A stretch of 64,000 nucleotides of DNA from Gemmatimonadota bacterium (GTDB lineage: Bacteria; Gemmatimonadota; Gemmatimonadetes; Palauibacterales; Palauibacteraceae), in assembly GCA_965116475.1 (NCBI GenBank), contig OZ220691.1, positions 2,176,001-2,240,000 on the forward strand, in the 5' to 3' direction. Both the position numbers and the translations under genes were made by a program. Below are positions 58,801 to 64,000 of the stretch, piece after piece. Within the stretch, counting starts at the first letter, position 1, and every line of letters begins with the position of its first letter. The notes beneath the pieces were generated by a model, which worked only from the letters and a program-made list of their open reading frames with translations, was not told where the DNA came from and ran no database searches.

Positions 58801-60227
58801 GCGAGGTGCGGAAGCGTCCGGGCCAGCTGGTCGAGCGCGCGCTCGGCCCCGGCGGCGTCCGCGCCGGAGACGACGAGGGCCGGTTTGGACCCGAAGGCCG
58901 CCGGGACCACCTCGATGAGCCCTTCGCCGGGGGCGAGCGACCCCGGATCGATCTTCGCGCTGTCGGCAAGCTGCCGGGTCAGGGCGTTGTCCACCCCCGC
59001 CAGGACCAGCGTGGGCCGGGCGGCGGCCCTTTCGATCGACGCGGCCGGGGCGACGAGCGGCACCGTGATCCCGGTCGACTCGAGTCCGAGCCGGCCGGCC
59101 AGGTCGGGCAGGCCGTCGACACCGTCCTCGCCGGGCGCCAGCATCGCGTCCACGCGGTTCGGGAGCACCCCTCCGCCGAGCAATCCGTCGGAGGTGTAGA
59201 GGTTGGAGAGGTCCATGTCGTTCTTGCCGCCGCTGCCCGGCCGGCCCGCGACCGGCCCCGGCGCATCCGGCGCCGCGCGCCCGGCGATGCGGATCGTGGG
59301 GCCGCCCGCCAGCCGCGCCTCCACCGATTCGAGCCCCGGGTATGCCAGGCGTGCCGGGGGCGTCTCCGCCTCGGTCGACTCAGCCCCTGTATCGGCCCCC
59401 GTCTCGTCCCCTGTATCGGCCCCCGCATCGTCCGGGTCGCCGGGGTCGGGGACCGCGTCGCCCGCGGCGAGGCCGCGAAGGAGTTCCGCGGCGGTGCTCA
59501 CATCCGCTTCGCCCACCTCGATCTCGGCGATCACGCGCCCCACGCCGGCCTGGCCCGCCCTGGCCCTCGCCTGGGTCAGGCGCACGGCCGCGTCCGCCAC
59601 GCCCCCGGCTTCCAGCGCCTCGGCGAGGTCGTCCCGGACGCGGTCCAGCTTCGCGGTCGACAGCGTGCGCGTATGCGGCAGGACGCCCGCGAACAGGCGG
59701 GCTGCGGCGTGCAGTCCCTCCTCGTCCCCTCCCACGACGAGGACCCACGTGCGCCCGTCCTCCTCGCGCACCGCCACGGCCCCTTCCCCCGAGTCGAGCG
59801 AAGCGGGGTCGATGCCCGGCGCGCGCAGGCCGGCGCCCGCGAGTCCGCTCCGGCCCACGACGATCCCGACCTGGCCGCCTTCGGGACCCCGGGACAGCGG
59901 CAGGTCCATCGCCATCGACTCGAAACCCAGCCGCGCGGCGACCTCGGCCGCCGCCGCGAGGATCCCCGGCGAGGGATCTTCCCCGAGCACGAGCGCGGCG
60001 TTCACGAGATCGGGCACGCTGTCGCCGTTCGTATCGAGCACGAGCGTCCCCAGTTCGAACAGCGTGGCGAGATCCGGCGTCTCCTGCGCCGCGAGTCCGC
60101 GAGAGGCCGGCACCGCGAACGCCGCCGCCAACACAGCCCCCACCGCCAGCGCGATCCGCACGGGTCTCGCCGCCGACACTGGGTTCTGCCACGGGGTGCC
60201 GGGGGACTGCGTGCGGGGATTCATCAT
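55872..60227 (-). CDS. large (~1450 aa) exported protein with C-terminal M14 zinc carboxypeptidase domain
   Basis: Signal ...GLAAQ; GESYLGRDI, RQHANEVSST (HxxE), NPDG, NPHGYP, TEAPDET. Confidence 0.85.
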   Translation of the reverse strand: MMNPRTQSPGTPWQNPVSAARPVRIALAVGAVLAAAFAVPASRGLAAQETPDLATLFELGTLVLDTNGDSVPDLVNAALVLGEDPSPGILAAAAEVAARLGFESMAMDLPLSRGPEGGQVGIVVGRSGLAGAGLRAPGIDPASLDSGEGAVAVREEDGRTWVLVVGGDEEGLHAAARLFAGVLPHTRTLSTAKLDRVRDDLAEALEAGGVADAAVRLTQARARAGQAGVGRVIAEIEVGEADVSTAAELLRGLAAGDAVPDPGDPDDAGADTGDETGADTGAESTEAETPPARLAYPGLESVEARLAGGPTIRIAGRAAPDAPGPVAGRPGSGGKNDMDLSNLYTSDGLLGGGVLPNRVDAMLAPGEDGVDGLPDLAGRLGLESTGITVPLVAPAASIERAAARPTLVLAGVDNALTRQLADSAKIDPGSLAPGEGLIEVVPAAFGSKPALVVSGADAAGAERALDQLARTLPHLAERGDDRPTVDDVERGLWDALSGHSPVGQAAIGLYKLGRIAAKLADRQIARADVLLSVEKADPGLGAYVRARAAEALGLADAAAVDVTIDDRDVQRAATIFADTLALPSEVGHFRELFRARVLPAAASAGSAGPIRIEARLSEPPEIRRQLEREARDALIEAGAPADAVEVRVLSAFKQGYSWLEEVILPQLASRDPNEIGEIVIRFRRNDPPAEWPQQAIHTPVRWLHEIFPIDEILARELGLELERIRFEQTTDGPTYEVTVTDAGGAGILADDFEPRRVMRPYFDRFRDYEHVRVTTGWLHASAGDRTLVDERIVTDPEAFWDHYQSVVLPAIYDYVMDRHDGIPDGGNADAPYFGELTVELEMSEPNYRLEIDNEIHAPMDALHEEIYFGTIEFFDLIGRNSRGQGLTFPGRILPVMRPRGDGRPAELRVSFTGFATSRPAVSVAFEDAAGAADTVRLDIPKTGLERPSARRAIVRAGEPGIAHLGLRVRVDTDADMRDSLLTYASPRQVDRSMVSAEQVEATVREIEALRAAGLYASSLAWTGLGSLEVWAEWTHEQDPESRRTARLAANGTPPGPPDWRRLLPEGWSYGGERLVQWETPMPPPEGHGILARMAEAFEEVTMYKAGESYLGRDIWAADLMPPIAASHWSRVKATTFKPTVIYSARQHANEVSSTSHVLRHAELLLTDPAERAKLDGVNVIIHPFTNPDGAQLAYDLYRITPDFILHAGYLASLGIDVMTGSRDDHPIYPEAPVRNRLWGRWLPDIFLNPHGYPSHQVVQLFSEYSGLVRRGRVTERNWGLNKGWFMPGFGYVDSPDYPRHRDAAFEIRDYITRGINSNPDVFAMNQRNYERYRRYGADYDPDVFRLPMTDSVLIEMPLRGSSGESRFGFDSRITIWSGTTEAPDETAYGPWMELVAKAGLSWDQALLDYLYEGEHEVKRSGSSFFGGVSLRMNRPRPPEDEEDEEDSEEEG

Positions 60228-61090
60228 GTCCGGTCCTCCGGTGCTTCGACCTTCACGTGGTTCGCCAGTACCCCGACGCCCTCCACCTCCACCTCCACCC
60301 GGTCGCCGTCGGCGAGCGCCGACGTCTTCCCGGGCGTACCTGTGTAGATCACGTCGCCGGGGAGCAGCGTGACGTAGCGGCTCGCGTAGGCGATGATCTC
60401 GGGGATGGAGAAGATGAGATCCGAGGTGCGCGCGTCCTGCACGACCTCGCCATTGAGGCGCGTGCGCAGGCGCAGATTCTCCCACGCCGCGCCGGTCACG
60501 ATCCGCGGTCCGAGCGGCCCGAACGAGTCGCTGCCCTTGGCCCTGAGCCACTGCAGGTCGTCACGCTGCCATATGCGCTCGCTCACGTCGTTGCCCGCGG
60601 TTACGCCGAAGACGAAATCGCCCGCCTCTTCCGGGCTGACGTGCCGCGCCGCGCGGCCGATGACGACGACGACTTCTCCTTCCGCGTGCACGACTTCCGC
60701 GTCCGGGGGAATCTCGATCGCCGCGCCGGGCCCGACGATCGAACTCGGCAGCTTGGCGAACAGGGGCGGTTCCGCGGGCTCCGGGCGAGTCCCGATCGGG
60801 CTGTTGTCGAGGTGGCTCCGGTAGTTCAGGCCCACCGCGATGACCTTCGACGGGGTCGCCGGCGCGAGAAGCCGAAGCTCATCGAGCCGCATCCGGTTCC
60901 CGGTGCGGACCTCACCGCCGAAGGGAGGCACCGCCAGTTCCTCCACCATGCCGTCCTCGATGGTTCCGTCCGCGAGGACCTCATCCTCCACGACCCCCCA
61001 GCGGGCGCCACCGTCCGCAGCGTCCGCGGCGGTCGCGGCGTCCCCGCCGTCCGTGGCGTCCGGCGCGAGGTATCGGACGTACGCGGTCAC
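60224..61090 (-). CDS. fumarylacetoacetate hydrolase family protein (cytoplasmic type)
   Basis: KVIAVGLNYRSH, HAEGEV, NDVSER, AKGSDSFGPLGP, GDVIYTGTPG. Confidence 0.92.
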   Translation of the reverse strand: MTAYVRYLAPDATDGGDAATAADAADGGARWGVVEDEVLADGTIEDGMVEELAVPPFGGEVRTGNRMRLDELRLLAPATPSKVIAVGLNYRSHLDNSPIGTRPEPAEPPLFAKLPSSIVGPGAAIEIPPDAEVVHAEGEVVVVIGRAARHVSPEEAGDFVFGVTAGNDVSERIWQRDDLQWLRAKGSDSFGPLGPRIVTGAAWENLRLRTRLNGEVVQDARTSDLIFSIPEIIAYASRYVTLLPGDVIYTGTPGKTSALADGDRVEVEVEGVGVLANHVKVEAPEDRT

Positions 61091-61124
61091 CGCCCCGGCC
61101 CGATCACGCCGGCCCGGACCACGA

Positions 61125-61733
61125 TCAGCCTTCCCCGGTCGGGATGTGCTCCGCGAGTTCGACCTCGAACACGAGCGGCGAATACGGAGGAATCCCCGAT
61201 CGGCCCGCGGGGCCGTAAGCGAGATCGTACGGCAGCACGAGCTTGCGGCGCTCGCCCATCCGCATGCCCGTGACCCCCTCCACCCAGCCGTCGATGAGGG
61301 CCGTCGAGCCGAGGACCATGTCGAGCGGCTCCGGCGGGTCGTGATCGTGGCTCGAGTCCACCTTGCTCCCGTTCGGGAGCCAGACGGTATAATGCACGCC
61401 CATCTCGTCGCCGTAGCCGGCCGGCGGCCCGCTCCCCTCCTGCAGGACCTGAATGAAGAGGCCGGTCTCGGTCTCCTCCATCGCACCGAGGTCGACCGCG
61501 AGTTCATCGGCGAACGTCATCTCCCGGAGATCCGTGATCACACCCTCGGGCGTGCCGGCCGTCTCGGCCATGTCGGCCGCCTCCGCTGCCTCCGCTGCCT
61601 CCGCTGCCTCGCGCTCGCCCTCCGCGCCGCTGGCCGCCTCCTCGCCCGCGTCGCCCCCGCACGCGAGCGCGAGCGGCGCCAGGAGCAGGGCCGCCGCGGT
61701 CCGAAACCCGTTCGATGTCATATCACGCCGCAT
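61125..61733 (-). CDS. FKBP-type peptidyl-prolyl isomerase lipoprotein
   Basis: ALA|C; HYTVWLPNGSKVDSS, LIDGWVEG, LAYG, IPPYSPLVFEVEL. Confidence 0.93.
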   Translation of the reverse strand: MRRDMTSNGFRTAAALLLAPLALACGGDAGEEAASGAEGEREAAEAAEAAEAADMAETAGTPEGVITDLREMTFADELAVDLGAMEETETGLFIQVLQEGSGPPAGYGDEMGVHYTVWLPNGSKVDSSHDHDPPEPLDMVLGSTALIDGWVEGVTGMRMGERRKLVLPYDLAYGPAGRSGIPPYSPLVFEVELAEHIPTGEG

Positions 61734-61810
61734 GGAATTGCCTCCGAGAGTGGAAAGTGGCGAATCGCCCGAATGTAGCGGCATTTCAACGCGGGTTGCT
61801 AGTATCAGGC

Positions 61811-62674
61811 ATGAAGACTCTACGGATGTTCCGGCTGGCGTTCCGACCGACGTTCCGGCCGGCGTTCCGACCCGTTTCCCCCACCGCGTCCAGTGCCGCG
61901 TCCTGCGTCACGTACTGTGCCGGGCTCGTCCTGCTCGCCGCCGCCTGCGGCCCCCGTCCCCCGGCGGACGAAGACGCCTCCGGTTCGGTCGCGGAAGCCG
62001 ACCTCACCGCTGCGCAGGAACTCGTGGCGCGATCCGTGGCCTTCCACGATCCGGGCGGAATCTGGGGCAGCCGGTCGATCTCGATGTCGTGGGTCGGGAC
62101 CGACGGAGAGGGCGGGGAACGCGTCGCCGTCGACCTGGAGTTCGGCGCGGACGAGCGCGACTTCGCCCTGGCGGGACGCTATCGAGGCTCCTCGATCGAG
62201 TACGGGACGACGGCCGCCGGCTGGTCCGCGACCGTCGACGGGCTCGCGCAGGCGGACCTCGCCGACGCGGACCGCGAGCGGATGCGCCTCCATCGCGAGG
62301 ACGGAATGTTCTGGCGCAGCTACTACGGGTTCCTGGCGGGTCTTCCGATGAAGATCCCCGACCCCGGCGCCCATCTCGACCCCGACATCATCGAGACCGC
62401 CTTCATGGACCGGGAGGTCCACGCCGTTCGGGTCACCTACGACCCCGATACCGGCGGCGACACGTGGTACTTCTACTTCGACCCCGGGACCGCGCAGCTC
62501 GTGGGCTGCCGCTTCTACCACGACGAGAGCGCGAACGACGGCGAGTACATCGTCTTCGAGGGCCTGGCCGAGGGCGGCGGACTGCGTCTGCCGCGGCTGC
62601 GGGGCTGGTACGTGAACGCCGACGGCCGTCACCTGGGGACCGATGAGGTGGGGACGATCCGCGTCGGCCCGTGA
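61811..62674 (+). CDS. hypothetical lipoprotein (DUF6503-like)
   Basis: AAA|C; SVAFHDPGG.W, YYGFLAGLPMKI.DPG, VTYDP..GGDTWYFYFDP. Confidence 0.7.
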   Translation: MKTLRMFRLAFRPTFRPAFRPVSPTASSAASCVTYCAGLVLLAAACGPRPPADEDASGSVAEADLTAAQELVARSVAFHDPGGIWGSRSISMSWVGTDGEGGERVAVDLEFGADERDFALAGRYRGSSIEYGTTAAGWSATVDGLAQADLADADRERMRLHREDGMFWRSYYGFLAGLPMKIPDPGAHLDPDIIETAFMDREVHAVRVTYDPDTGGDTWYFYFDPGTAQLVGCRFYHDESANDGEYIVFEGLAEGGGLRLPRLRGWYVNADGRHLGTDEVGTIRVGP

Positions 62675-62702
62675 CCCGGTCCGGCCCGTAGTCCCGGGCG
62701 GG

Positions 62703-63251
62703 GTGGCTCGGCCGCGCCGGGAGGGCCGCAACTCCGGAGCTGCGGTCGCCGTCCTCTTCGCCGCCCTCGCGGCGGTGCGGTGCTCGGAGTCGACGCCTCC
62801 CCCGCCGTCCCCGCCGCCTCCCATGCCGAGCGGGGACTGCGTCCTGTCCTTCGTGATCGACGGAGATTCGGTCCGCTGCGCCGATGGCCGGGAGATCCGG
62901 CTGCTCTCCATCGACGCTCCGGAGATGGCGCAGGAACCGTGGGGCGCCCGCGCCCGCGACGAGTTGCTGCGGGTGGCCCCGGTGAGCACCACGCTCGGGG
63001 TGGAGTACGACGCGGTTCGCGTGGACACCTTCGACCGGGACCTCGCCTATCTCTTCCTTCCCGGCGGGGACATGCTGAACGAACACATGGTGGCGAGCGG
63101 GTACGCCCTCGCGTTCATCATCCCGCCCAACCGCCGATACGCGGACCGCATCGAGGCCGCGGAAGCCGCCGCCGAAGCCGAGGGGCGAGGTCTGTGGGGC
63201 GAATGGGGCTTCACGTGCCGCCCCGTCGACTTCAGGCAGGAGCGCTGCTGA
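62703..63251 (+). CDS. thermonuclease (SNase) family, exported/lipoprotein
   Basis: VIDGDSV, IRLLSIDAPE, DTFDRDLAY, NEHMVASGYA, RGLW. Confidence 0.9.
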   Translation: MARPRREGRNSGAAVAVLFAALAAVRCSESTPPPPSPPPPMPSGDCVLSFVIDGDSVRCADGREIRLLSIDAPEMAQEPWGARARDELLRVAPVSTTLGVEYDAVRVDTFDRDLAYLFLPGGDMLNEHMVASGYALAFIIPPNRRYADRIEAAEAAAEAEGRGLWGEWGFTCRPVDFRQERC

Positions 63252-64000
63252 CGCTGGCGGGAGTCCCGTCGTCCCGCCGGGCAGGGGCGCGCGTGACGCG
63301 GCGGAAGGCGAGGGCGGCGAGGAGGCCGATGGCGCCGAATCCGGCGACGGCGGCGAACACGTGCTGGTGCCCGGGGAGTCCCGGCGAATTGTCGAGGAGG
63401 ACGCCCATGAGCGGTCCCATGAACACGTCGGGGGTGAAGCCGAGGACGGAGACGACGCCCGCCGCGCTCCCGGTGTAGGCGAGCGGCACGGCCCCCTCGG
63501 CCAGGAGGGCGAAGTAGACGCCGCGCAGCGCGTAGATTCCGACGCTGGCGGTGACGATGGTGGCGATGAGCATCCAGGCCGGTCCGGGCACGAGGAGGCC
63601 GGAGGCGATGAGCAGGCAGCCGCCGATGAGGATCGCGAACCCCCACACGATCACGCGGGAGGCGTCGATCCGGTCTCCGAGGAAGCCCGCCGCGATGGCC
63701 GCGGCGGCGCGGATCCAGAAGGCCAGCGTGCCGATCGCCGAAGCCTGGACGTCGTCGAAGCCGAGCGCGTCCCGCGACAGGAGCGAGAAGTCGTCCGTCG
63801 CCTTGTACCCCGTGTAGGCGCAGATGACGATGACGGCCTGCAGCCACACGGCCGGCATGCGGCACGCGGCTCGCACCCCCTCCAGCGACAGCTTCGGCTG
63901 GTCGCCGGCGTCGCCGCCGGGGGTGCTGTCGGGCACGACGAGCCACACGAAGACGGCGCTGGCGAGAGTGATGCCGGTGAAGACCCGGATCACGCCGCGG
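63232..64000 (-). CDS. MFS transporter (5' part outside the window)
   Basis: Multiple TM helices; AGFLGDRI motif A-like; GSAAGVVSVLGFTPD. Confidence 0.85.
   Translation of the reverse strand, partial: RGVIRVFTGITLASAVFVWLVVPDSTPGGDAGDQPKLSLEGVRAACRMPAVWLQAVIVICAYTGYKATDDFSLLSRDALGFDDVQASAIGTLAFWIRAAAAIAAGFLGDRIDASRVIVWGFAILIGGCLLIASGLLVPGPAWMLIATIVTASVGIYALRGVYFALLAEGAVPLAYTGSAAGVVSVLGFTPDVFMGPLMGVLLDNSPGLPGHQHVFAAVAGFGAIGLLAALAFRRVTRAPARRDDGTPASVSSAPA

Noticed and set aside
63232..63251. Functional significance of the convergent SNase/MFS overlap
   Set aside because: Short 3' overlaps are common in compact high-GC genomes

Overview
High-GC bacterial chromosomal window, densely coding (~50 CDS). 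No rRNA, tRNA, CRISPR array, integrase or transposase was recognised. It is dominated by exported hydrolases and oxidoreductases: tannase/feruloyl esterase, a Tat-type Mo-hydroxylase, a PQQ/haem dehydrogenase, S9/M14/M19 peptidases, two class C serine hydrolases, a GGT-like Ntn hydrolase and signal-peptide-bearing FAH proteins. It also carries transporters (2 APC, MATE, MFS, MarC, CstA), Bacteroidota-type envelope modules (GLPGLI + barrel, two tandem TonB-receptor/DUF4249 pairs), pxpABC, a BlaI/M56 pair with visible operators and a VapBC-type TA pair. The gene mix suggests a diderm heterotroph such as Gemmatimonadota, possibly host-associated (inference only). The most unusual items are: (1) two stand-alone AAA_14-wHTH-DUF4143 nuclease genes, one preceded by four iteron-like repeats at exact 22-bp spacing, the other by a palindrome over its start and coupled to a CC-star/ArsA/CstA operon; (2) a secreted protein fusing two Cache ligand-binding domains to an autotransporter-like beta-barrel with no signalling output; (3) enzymes with altered catalytic residues (GGT Thr>Ser, 3-hydroxyacyl-CoA dehydrogenase His>Asn); (4) apparent leaderless promoters and many short tandem duplications at gene boundaries. 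All family calls come from reading motifs by eye, not from database searches.
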